Source of the DNA: Candidatus Saccharimonadota bacterium
GTDB taxonomy: Bacteria > Patescibacteriota > Saccharimonadia > Saccharimonadales > Saccharimonadaceae
Length of the DNA: 64,000 nucleotides
Reading direction: 5' to 3'
NCBI GenBank assembly: GCA_016290315.1
Contig: JAEETK010000001.1
Location: forward strand, 83,157-147,156
Part shown: positions 55,476 through 63,647 of the stretch, piece by piece
Layout: the number at the start of each line of letters is the position of its first letter
Position numbering within the stretch: position 1 is the first letter of the stretch
Translations under genes and position numbers: made by a program
The notes under the pieces: generated by a model
The model's database searches: none
Told to the model about the DNA's origin: nothing
Seen by the model: only the letters and a program-made list of their open reading frames with translations

Positions 55476-56036
55476 ATGTATGGACCAACAGATTTAAAGA
55501 AAAATACCCTAATAACTTTGGATGGTCAGCCATATAAAGTGGTGGAATATTCACAAAAAGTAATGGGGCGTGGTGGTAGTATTGTGAATGTGAAGGTTAA
55601 GAACCTAATTACGGGCGCATTATTACCGAAAACCTTCAAAGGTCAGGAAAAAATTGAGCCAGCAGAGGTTGCGAATCAAACGGTGCAGTACCTCTACAAT
55701 GATGGCGAGAAATTCTATTTCATGAATCCTGAGACCTTTAACCAGTATGAGCTTACTGCTGATATGGTTGGCGATGCGAAGGATTTTATGAAAGAAGGCG
55801 AAAACTTCGATATTCAATTTTACAACGATAGTCCGATTAACTTAGTATTGCCAAAGAATGTGTGGCTAGAGGTTACTTATACCGAGAGCGTTGTTAAGGG
55901 TGACACGACGTCTTCTGTACAGAAGGACGCAAAACTTGAAACCGGTGTCGAGGTAAAAGTTCCAGCCTTCATTAAGACTGGCGATGTAATATCTGTCGAC
56001 ACGGAGACCTACGCTTACCGTGAGCGCCAAAAATAG
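55476..56036 (+). CDS. efp: elongation factor P
   Basis: 186 aa with the three-domain EF-P pattern. The tip loop is KVMGRGGS, with R32 at the tip. SD GGAGG lies upstream. Confidence 0.9.
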   Translation: MYGPTDLKKNTLITLDGQPYKVVEYSQKVMGRGGSIVNVKVKNLITGALLPKTFKGQEKIEPAEVANQTVQYLYNDGEKFYFMNPETFNQYELTADMVGDAKDFMKEGENFDIQFYNDSPINLVLPKNVWLEVTYTESVVKGDTTSSVQKDAKLETGVEVKVPAFIKTGDVISVDTETYAYRERQK

Positions 56037-56838
56037 GATCGCGAAAGAAGACAGTAGAGCGGGGAGTGGCTCTGCTGTTTTTGATGTGTCTAAATGGCCG
56101 GTATTGGTTATAGTAGGGCCTACTGCGAGCGGAAAAACTGGTTTAGCAATCGATTTGGCACTAACGCTTTCGGAACGAGGTATTTGTGACTGTGAAATAG
56201 TTTCGGCGGATTCACGCGCGATATATAAAGGAATGGATATTGGTACGGCGAAGCCTATGCTGACGGAGATGAAGGGTGTGCCACACTGGGGCATTGACTT
56301 GGTAGAACCAAATGATCGATTCACGGTTGTTGACTTTTGCAATTATGCGCTCAAGAAAATTGAAGATATACGTAGGAGAGGGCATCTGCCGATAGTTGTG
56401 GGCGGTACAGGACTGTATGTGGATGCGCTAGTCTACGACTACCATTTCAATGATGTTGTGAAAAATAATTATTCAGACAGACAAGAGATGAGTTCGGATT
56501 ATGTAGTATTTGGTATCGATTGGCCGCGCGATGAATTACGGAAACGGTTGCTGATTAGGTCGAATAAATTATTTGCTCAGCCGATTGAGAAAGAGACTCT
56601 TGCGCTGGTAGAGCAATACGGCTGGGATAGTCAAGCAATGAAGTCGGATATTTACCCAATTTGTTGGGAAATGATGCGTGGAAATATTGATCGCGAGGAG
56701 GCGATACGGCTAAATGAGATAGATGATTGGCATTTGGCAAAAAGACAATTAACATGGTTTAAGAGAAATAAGAATATTGTTTGGATAGAGCTGAATGGCG
56801 CTGTTGAGCGTATAATTAATTTTTACTTGTCTAGATAA
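56020..56838 (+). CDS. miaA: tRNA dimethylallyltransferase
   Basis: P-loop VGPTASGKTGLAIDLA, then SADSRAIYKGMDIGTAKP. The start is uncertain; GTG 56020 overlaps the efp end. Confidence 0.85.
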   Translation: MSAKNRIAKEDSRAGSGSAVFDVSKWPVLVIVGPTASGKTGLAIDLALTLSERGICDCEIVSADSRAIYKGMDIGTAKPMLTEMKGVPHWGIDLVEPNDRFTVVDFCNYALKKIEDIRRRGHLPIVVGGTGLYVDALVYDYHFNDVVKNNYSDRQEMSSDYVVFGIDWPRDELRKRLLIRSNKLFAQPIEKETLALVEQYGWDSQAMKSDIYPICWEMMRGNIDREEAIRLNEIDDWHLAKRQLTWFKRNKNIVWIELNGAVERIINFYLSR

Positions 56839-56869
56839 ATTCTAATTCTTTTGTTAATATAGTTATAGG

Positions 56870-57469
56870 ATGAGCAAAGAAAACGCAGTGCCATTAGAAA
56901 AATTGTTTGGTTCAAAAACAAGAGCTAAATTGTTGGGTTTGTTCTTCGAGAATCCAGAAAAATCGTATTATGTGCGAGAGATTACTCGCGTAATAGAAGA
57001 GCAGATAAATTCCGTGAGGCGTGAGCTGACAAACTTAAATGCGTTAGGGCTTGTAAAAATTGAGAACTATGAGAATAAAGTTTATTATTCAGCAAATATG
57101 AAACACCCATTCGCTCGTCCGATGTCAGAAATATTCTCACGAAAAATTGATTCAAAGCAAGACATCGAGGTGCATAAGCCGACTTGGGCAGATTATGTAC
57201 GTCCAGTGGAAAATCTAATACATGGCCTAATTGTTACGAATCGTCTGCCTGGCCAAGAGGGGCTGGACTTGTTGATTATCGGCGATGACTACCAGCGAAA
57301 GTTGACGAGATGGGCGGAAGTAGTGGAGAAGCGCCAGGGCAAGCCGCTTAATTATGCTATCATGAGCCGCGAGGATTATTTATATCGTAAAAGCGTGCGT
57401 GATAGATTCATAGCAGATGTGTGGTCGCTTCGAATTAGTGAAACTTATGATCCAGAAAGAATTCTGTAA
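56870..57469 (+). CDS. winged-helix (ArsR-like) domain protein
   Basis: 199 aa. The N-terminal wHTH is YYVREITRVIEEQINSVRRELTNLNALGLV. The C-terminal domain is unassigned. Confidence 0.5.
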   Translation: MSKENAVPLEKLFGSKTRAKLLGLFFENPEKSYYVREITRVIEEQINSVRRELTNLNALGLVKIENYENKVYYSANMKHPFARPMSEIFSRKIDSKQDIEVHKPTWADYVRPVENLIHGLIVTNRLPGQEGLDLLIIGDDYQRKLTRWAEVVEKRQGKPLNYAIMSREDYLYRKSVRDRFIADVWSLRISETYDPERIL

Positions 57470-57490
57470 ATAGTAGAAGAGGAGTAGAAA

Positions 57491-57940
57491 ATGTTTGAAA
57501 TTGAATTGAAAAATTCTGACGAAATGACGATAAAAGCTAAGGAAAGAGTCGTAAATATTAATGTCGCACAATCGACAATTAATGCTGACTTGAAGGTAGG
57601 CACGATTAGGGGTTCTGGGGAATTTGAGATTGGCGATATTGCAATTGTCGGCACTAGCCTAAAGGATGGCGGCATTATGTATCGCATTGACGTAGATGGC
57701 GTTAAAATTGGTATTGTAGGGAATACTGCTAAAACTGACGACCTCGATAATCTTGGCCCAGTAGATATTCTAGGGACTAGCAACCCAAAGACTGTTCCAA
57801 TTGTTGAGCCGAAGATTGTAATTCCAATGGGCAATATGGACTTTGCAGAGATAAAAGCTTCCGTAAAGACAGAGAAGAAGCTAAAGATTAAGAATGCCAA
57901 TTCGCTGCCGGCCGTAATGGAAGTATGGAAGCTAGATTAG
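57491..57940 (+). CDS. hypothetical protein
   Basis: 149 aa. SD GAGGAG lies upstream. No motif was recognised. Confidence 0.5.
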   Translation: MFEIELKNSDEMTIKAKERVVNINVAQSTINADLKVGTIRGSGEFEIGDIAIVGTSLKDGGIMYRIDVDGVKIGIVGNTAKTDDLDNLGPVDILGTSNPKTVPIVEPKIVIPMGNMDFAEIKASVKTEKKLKIKNANSLPAVMEVWKLD

Positions 57941-58010
57941 ACCCCTTGCGAAAAAGCCAATTATAAGATATAATAGAGCAAGTTTTTAATAATAAGAAGA
58001 GATAATAGAT

Positions 58011-58202
58011 ATGGCAGTATGTGAAATTACCGGCAAAGGCAAGATGTATGGCCACAACGTAAGCTTTTCGCAGCACAAGACTCGTAAAGTTTTTGAGCCA
58101 AATGTCCAGAAGCGTACCTTTATTATTGACGGCCGCAAGGTTAGAATGAAAGTTGCCGCTTCAACGCTTCGCACACTTCGTAAGAAGGGTTTGATTAAGT
58201 AA
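58011..58202 (+). CDS. rpmB: 50S ribosomal protein L28
   Basis: Begins MAVCEITGKGKMYGHNVSFSQHKTRKVFEPNVQ. Confidence 0.92.
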   Translation: MAVCEITGKGKMYGHNVSFSQHKTRKVFEPNVQKRTFIIDGRKVRMKVAASTLRTLRKKGLIK

Positions 58203-58220
58203 GTTTGCCTTTAAATAAAA

Positions 58221-58256
58221 GAGATGGACGCTTGTTGTTAGGGTCCATCTTTTTTG
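58221..58256 (+). terminator. intrinsic terminator after rpmB
   Basis: Stem AGATGGAC / GTCCATCT followed by TTTTTT. Confidence 0.75.
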
Positions 58257-58299
58257 TGCAAGAGCGTAGAGCTCTAAGTGTATATGGTATAATGATTAA

Positions 58300-58983
58300 A
58301 TGAGTGATGATTTAACTCACACCTTGGGGTATGTATTTGCGGTATTTATTATTACTTTGTTTTCGATGATTTTGCATGAGTTAATGCACGGAGTTGTTGC
58401 GCTAAAACTCGGTGATGACACGGCGAAATATAGTGGTCGATTATCTTTAAACCCACTAAAGCATATCGACCCAGTTATGACGATAATGGTGCCTATATTG
58501 CTCGCATTGATGGGTGGGCCGATTTTTGGTGGTGCAAAGCCAGTTCCAATTAATAAATACAAGCTAAAATATCGCGAGTGGGGATTTGCGCTAGTAGCGA
58601 TAGCGGGACCATTGACAAATTTCATATTAGCGCTAGTGTTTTTCTTGGTTGGATATTGGGCGGGGGCATTTCAGGTTCAAAATGGGGAAGTATATTATTC
58701 TGCGGATAGCTTTTGGAGTATGTTCGCGATGCTTGGAGTAAGTATTAATCTTGGTTTTATGCTGTTTAATATTATTCCAATTCCGCCATTAGACGGATCG
58801 CGAGTGCTATATGCGATTGCGCCGGAAGGGGGAGTTCGGGTATTTATGGAGCAAATTGAAAGATATGGTCTATTTGTAGTATATTTCTGCTTGCTATTCT
58901 TTGGTACAGCGCTCAGTTTTTATATGAGTGGCGCAATGAATGCTATTTTACGCTTCTTTACAATGTTAGTTGGTGGAGCGTAG
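58300..58983 (+). CDS. site-2 protease family (M50) membrane metalloprotease
   Basis: HExxH (LHELMHG), polytopic, with the second motif NIIPIPPLDGSRV. TGgTATAAT at 58285-58293 lies 6 nt before the ATG. Confidence 0.8.
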   Translation: MSDDLTHTLGYVFAVFIITLFSMILHELMHGVVALKLGDDTAKYSGRLSLNPLKHIDPVMTIMVPILLALMGGPIFGGAKPVPINKYKLKYREWGFALVAIAGPLTNFILALVFFLVGYWAGAFQVQNGEVYYSADSFWSMFAMLGVSINLGFMLFNIIPIPPLDGSRVLYAIAPEGGVRVFMEQIERYGLFVVYFCLLFFGTALSFYMSGAMNAILRFFTMLVGGA

Positions 58984-59036
58984 TTTCTCCCTGGCGTGTT
59001 TTTGACGGGGGGAGGTTGGCGTGGTAGAATAAAAGT

Positions 59037-59169
59037 AGCCCAAGTTGCGCATGATTTTCCTGAATAATCATGTTTTAGGGAATTCGACATATTAAGCCCG
59101 TGGGTTTAGTATGAGAGAGTTTACCCACCGTGTTCTTATCACGGGAAAACGATGCAACTTGGGTTTTTT
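59037..59169 (+). ncRNA. candidate stand-alone structured small RNA (class unknown)
   Basis: TGgTAGAAT at 59022-59030 lies about 7 nt upstream. The 10-bp closing stem CCCAAGTTGC (59039-59048) / GCAACTTGGG (59154-63) is followed by TTTTTT. Three internal hairpins are present. There is no convincing ORF. Confidence 0.45.
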
Positions 59170-59273
59170 GGTGGTTTATTTAATCTGCAAGTCGCACCGT
59201 GCGCTTCTCGTTGAAGAGTGTGGTTATGTCTGATTTTTTCGGACATTATTTTTACTACAGAGCAGGAGTTGAA

Positions 59274-59408
59274 ATGATGGGGGTTTGCGATTCTGCATCT
59301 GTTAATTCTATAATTTTTAAGTCCAAAAAAATTAGACATTGCCATATGATCGAAAAAGATGCGATGGGAGCCATAAGAGGGGGCGGAAATACTAAATGCT
59401 TGTGGTAA
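59274..59408 (+). CDS. possible small Cys/His-containing protein (44 aa)
   Basis: SD AGGAG lies 5 nt before ATG 59274. The sequence is MMGVCDSASVNSIIFKSKKIRHCHMIEKDAMGAIRGGGNTKCLW. It overlaps an 18-bp inverted repeat, so it may be non-coding. Confidence 0.25.
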   Translation: MMGVCDSASVNSIIFKSKKIRHCHMIEKDAMGAIRGGGNTKCLW

Positions 59409-59419
59409 AATGGTAATAT

Positions 59420-60307
59420 ATGAAACAGCGCATTCGGGTGACGGCGATATGCAAAAAAGACGACGAGGTCTTGCTTTTGAAGCGGGCTGGGGGAAGAATT
59501 GATGGCGGAACGCCGCATTTTGAGCTGCCGCAGGGGAAAATTATCTTTGGCGAGCAGCCAGAAGAGGCTATGACGCGGGTGATTTATGAGAACTTGGGCG
59601 CGCAAGCCGCGAGTGTGCAATTGGTTGACGCAGTGACTTTTACTAACCTGGAGGGAGCGTCCGAATTGGGAAATCTTTATATCGTATATGAGATAAAGAT
59701 TGCGAGCGGTTCAGTAAAAATTACGAACGAACGATATTCGGCCTATAAGTGGATAAAAGTATCGGAAATGGGTTCATTTGCGCTTGAAGAGGCGTCATTG
59801 ATGGTATTGCAGATTACGGCCACAAAGGCAGGGGTGCCGGCGTCGCGAATTATGCAATCGGGCGAAAACGCACAAGTGTTGCCGGCTAGCGATTTTGCGA
59901 CTATCTACACCGATGGCGGCTCACGGGGGAATCCGGGGCCAAGTGGTTTGGGCTATTATATTATCGGCCCGGATGGCAAAGAACTAAAAAGGGGTGGCGA
60001 GTTTTTGGGTTTTTCCAGCTCGCGCTTAGCGGAGTATTATGGCTTGAAAGAAGGGCTAGAGCAGGCAATCGAGTTAGGTTTGAAGAAGGTGCATTTTAAG
60101 AGTGACAGCTTAATGATGGTGAACCAGATGAATGGTGTTTATAAGGTGAAGAATCAGGATTTATTGCAAGTGCACGCAGATGTTTTGAAGTTACTGGAGA
60201 ATCTCGAAGCTTACAGTTTCACGCATGTGCCGAGAAGTATGAATGTAGAGGCCGATGCGGAAGTAAATAAGGTCATCGATGCAAATGTGCGCCGAGGAGC
60301 TTATTAA
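59420..60307 (+). CDS. rnhA: fusion protein: degenerate Nudix-like domain plus RNase HI
   Basis: The C-terminal part has the RNase H DEDD set (IYTDGGSRGNPG, AEYYGL, SDSLMMV, NVEADAE). The N-terminal 150 aa have a Nudix fold pattern with a degenerate box (GEQPEEAMTRVIYENLG). Confidence 0.8.
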   Translation: MKQRIRVTAICKKDDEVLLLKRAGGRIDGGTPHFELPQGKIIFGEQPEEAMTRVIYENLGAQAASVQLVDAVTFTNLEGASELGNLYIVYEIKIASGSVKITNERYSAYKWIKVSEMGSFALEEASLMVLQITATKAGVPASRIMQSGENAQVLPASDFATIYTDGGSRGNPGPSGLGYYIIGPDGKELKRGGEFLGFSSSRLAEYYGLKEGLEQAIELGLKKVHFKSDSLMMVNQMNGVYKVKNQDLLQVHADVLKLLENLEAYSFTHVPRSMNVEADAEVNKVIDANVRRGAY

Positions 60308-60352
60308 TAGATAACATTTGAAAAAGTTGTCAAGGTTTGGTATAATTAACGA

Positions 60353-60711
60353 CAAGCTCGTTGACGTAGTCGCTGGCCTTTTTGGCGAGAGGAAAGTCCG
60401 GGCAGCATAGGACACGGTAGTTGCTAACGGCAACCGCACGCAAGTGTAGGAAAAGTGCCACAGAAACTATACCGCTTCAGTTGTTTAACTGTTGTAAGGG
60501 TGAAAAGAGTGGGGTAAGAGCCCACAGACCTTGGTGGTGACATCGGGGTGGGGTAAACTCTACCGGCTGCAAGGAGACCTAGATACCGTGGTCCGCGGAT
60601 GGTCGCTCACCGCTAGATCCCGTGAGCAATTGCGGGGCTAGATAGATGACTGCGGGCTTTATTATATTTATATAATAAAGTCACAGAACCCGGCTTACTA
60701 TACGAGCTTTT
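60353..60711 (+). ncRNA. rnpB: RNase P RNA, bacterial type A
   Basis: Conserved GAGGAAAGTCCGGGC (60387-60401) and ACAGAACCCGGCTTA (60683-60697) are present. P1 pairs AAGCTCGT with ACGAGCTT. TGgTATAAT at 60338-60346 lies 7 nt upstream. Confidence 0.92.
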
Positions 60712-60861
60712 ATGTCTTGGAATTCCGCGTTTTGATGTGGAATTTTTTGTTGTAAAAATATCTTGAAAAGATGGGGAAGCGCACTAATACCATTGGTCCG
60801 AAAATGCTTATTGGCAGTTGTATACCTTGGAGTGCTAACGCTTTTTGGGGAAAGATTCCAC

Positions 60862-60893
60862 AAAAAATACCCCAGATAGTGGGGTATTTTTTT
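60862..60893. terminator. bidirectional intrinsic terminator (end of the infC-rpmI-rplT operon)
   Basis: Stem ATACCCC / GGGGTAT, flanked by an A-tract and a T-tract. Confidence 0.75.
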
Positions 60894-60902
60894 AGTTCCT
60901 AA

Positions 60903-61244
60903 CTATTTTACGCTTTCGCAGATGGCAGTAAAGGCTTTTGGATCGCTGACGGCAAGTTCGGCAAGAACCTTACGGTCGAGTTCGATACCCTTAGTCTTCA
61001 TACCGTTGATTAGCTTGCTATAGCTGATGCCGTTTTCGCGAGCGGCATTGTTAATGCGAGTAATCCAAAGAGCACGCAAATCGCGTTTGCGATTGCGGCG
61101 ATCGCGGTAGGAATAACGTAATGCTTTGATGACACCTTGCTTCGCAAGACGGAAGCTACGAGTGCGATAATGCTGCATGCCCTTAGCAGCTTTAAGAATC
61201 TTTTTGTGCTTTGCGCGAGCAGCGACTCCACGTTTAACTCTCAT
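60903..61244 (-). CDS. rplT: 50S ribosomal protein L20
   Basis: Begins [20 protein letters not shown], followed by the IF3-L35-L20 pattern. Confidence 0.93.
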   Translation of the reverse strand: MRVKRGVAARAKHKKILKAAKGMQHYRTRSFRLAKQGVIKALRYSYRDRRNRKRDLRALWITRINNAARENGISYSKLINGMKTKGIELDRKVLAELAVSDPKAFTAICESVK

Positions 61245-61246
61245 GA

Positions 61247-61441
61247 TTAAGCTCCTAATGCAGTTTTAACGTTTTTCTTGATTTTGCCCTCGATAATAGC
61301 AGCAGTTTTCATGTTGCGTTTGCGGGCTTTGGACTTTTTGGCAAGGATATGGTTGCCGAAAGCACGTTCGCGGACGATTTTACCAGTTTTGGTAATGCGG
61401 ACGCGTTTGGCGGTACCCTTGTGGGTTTTCATTTTTGGCAT
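61247..61441 (-). CDS. rpmI: 50S ribosomal protein L35
   Basis: Begins [22 protein letters not shown]. Confidence 0.92.
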   Translation of the reverse strand: MPKMKTHKGTAKRVRITKTGKIVRERAFGNHILAKKSKARKRNMKTAAIIEGKIKKNVKTALGA

Positions 61442-61517
61442 TTGATTACCTTTCCTACTTTAGTTGATATATGGAACGCTTTGGGGTGTAGGGAACCGGT
61501 GGGCGTTATAATGCAAT

Positions 61518-62053
61518 CTATTTATGGCGAACCATAAAGGTAAGATTGCGGCCGCTCATCTGCGATTTGCCGTCTACGACAACTTCGCTGCCGAGTTTTT
61601 CGATGATGCGGTTCATGAGTTCGGTGCCGATTTCTTTGTGGGCCATTTCGCGGCCACGGAAGATAATCATTACTTTGACACGATCGCCGTCATCGAGCAA
61701 TTCGATGATTTTGCGGCATTTTATATTGAGGTCATTTTCCCCAATTTTTAAACCTAGTCTGATTTGTTTGAGTTCGGAGCTTTTAGCTTTTTTCTTGGCG
61801 CGAGATTGCTCCTTCATCTTTTGATACTGGTATTTACCCCAGTCGATGATTTTGACGACGGGCGGGTTAGCGTTAGGGGAAATCTCCACTAAGTCTAAGC
61901 CGGCATCGCGCGCCATAAGCTGAGCGTCGCGACTAGACATGATACCTAACTGCGCGCCGTCGGCGCTGATAACGCGCACCTCCGGATAACGAATATCTCC
62001 ATTAATGCGTGTTTTCGAATTGTTGGTACCGATGGTAGTGCTCCTCAAAAAAT
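61518..62053 (-). CDS. infC: translation initiation factor IF-3
   Basis: RINGDIRYPEVRVI.. and a C-terminal domain are present. The proposed non-AUG start is ATC at 62053-62051, 7 nt after SD GAGGAG (62066-62061). The track's ATG 62102 adds a non-conserved extension with no SD. Confidence 0.85.
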
Positions 62054-62123
62054 TAGACTTTGTTATGGCGACAATTATACCAAAATGCTTTCGAAAATAC
62101 AAGGGGTGCGACCCCAGATATGG

Positions 62124-63647
62124 CTAATGGAGTATTTGAGGACGATACTGGATAGCTTCCGAAATGTGTTCAGTGGTAATTTTAGGGGAGAGCTCTAGGT
62201 CGGCAATGGTCTGAGCAACTTTAATGATTTTAAAATAAGAACGAGCGGATAGACAATAATGGTTTGAAGCTTGATTGAGTAGGTCTTTAGCTGTTTTCGT
62301 AAGGTGGCAGTATCTAGTAATTTCAAGCGAAGAAAGGCGAGAATTGAATCTCGTAAGATCGTGATAGCGTAGGTGTTGTTGCTGAACGGCATCGTGAATC
62401 TGTTTTTGAGCGAGAGTATGCTGCTTAATGCTGATTGTGCGGCTGTGATGGAGGATGCTGTCGGGCTCTTGCAAGACAGGAGTTGTGATATCGATACGGT
62501 CCAAAAGCGGTCCAGATAGTTTTTGACGATATCTCTGAATGGCGCTAGGAGAGCAGGTGCATTCTTTGATATTTGATTGAAAGTAGCCACAGGGGCATGG
62601 GTTCATGGTGGCAATTAGCATAAAGTCGGCAGGATATTGGGTATGTCCATTGATTCGATCGAGTTTAACGAAATGATTCTCGAGCGGTTGCCGAAGTGCC
62701 TCGAGACAATCTCGACGAAATTCTGGCAGCTCGTCGAGATGAAGGACGCCGAGATGAGCGAGGGATATTTCGCCTGGTATGAGATTTGGGCCGCCACCTA
62801 ATAGAGCAGTTAGATTGATACTATGGTGTGGGGCGCGGTATGGGCGTTCCGAGATGATATTTGTACATAGAGAGTGAAGGGAATGGACCTTTGTGATAGC
62901 GATTTGTTCAGTGAGACTTGGTGGCGGCATAAGGCTGGCACTGACTTTGGCAAGCATAGTTTTGCCAGTACCGGGCGGGCCGGTCAAGAGGATATTGTGT
63001 CGCCCTGCGACGGCGATGGTCAGGGCGCGTTTAGCGTGTTCCTGACCGATAACCTCGTCTAAATAAAAATGGTTGTGGTTATCTGTTTGTGTATTTTTAA
63101 CAAAAACAGTGGTGCTCTTGATAGTGGCTTTACCTTTTAGAAATAGTCATAATTCGCGTAGATTATGTGCAGGGATTATGTCGAGATTGTTGTCGGCTAG
63201 AAGGGTGGCTTGAGGCATGTTGCCAGCAGGAATGATGAGCTGCTTAAACCGATATTTTTTGGCGGTTTCGACGATATTTAAAATGCCCTTGATGGGCTTT
63301 AAATTGCCGTCTAAGGACAATTCGCCCACAAACATACGATTCTGTAGGTCTTTTGCCAATAGTTGCTGAGAAAGGCTGAGAATCGCTAGGGTGATAGGCA
63401 GGTCAAGATGAGTGCTATCTTTACGGAGTTCGGCTGGTGCGAGATTAATAATAATTTTGTGCCGAGGAAAGTCGAATAAAGAGTTGCGAAGAGCGGAGCG
63501 GATGCGGTCGCGACTTTCGGTAATCATTTTACCTGGCATACCGACAATATTGAAGGCGGGAAGACCGCGAGTCGCGTCGCCTTCGACCGTAACCAGATGA
63601 CCCGTATAGCCATAGGGGATGGCTGAATAAACTTTTGAGATTTTCAT
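62124..63647 (-). pseudogene. comM: Mg-chelatase-like AAA+ protein ComM/YifB, interrupted by one in-frame TGA
   Basis: The N-terminal Lon-like domain (MKISKVYSAIPYGYTGHLVTVEGD..) runs to TGA at 63149-63147. The same frame continues ..LDEVIGQEHAKRALTIAVAGRHNILLTGPPGTGKTMLA.. to TAG at 62124. Confidence 0.75.
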
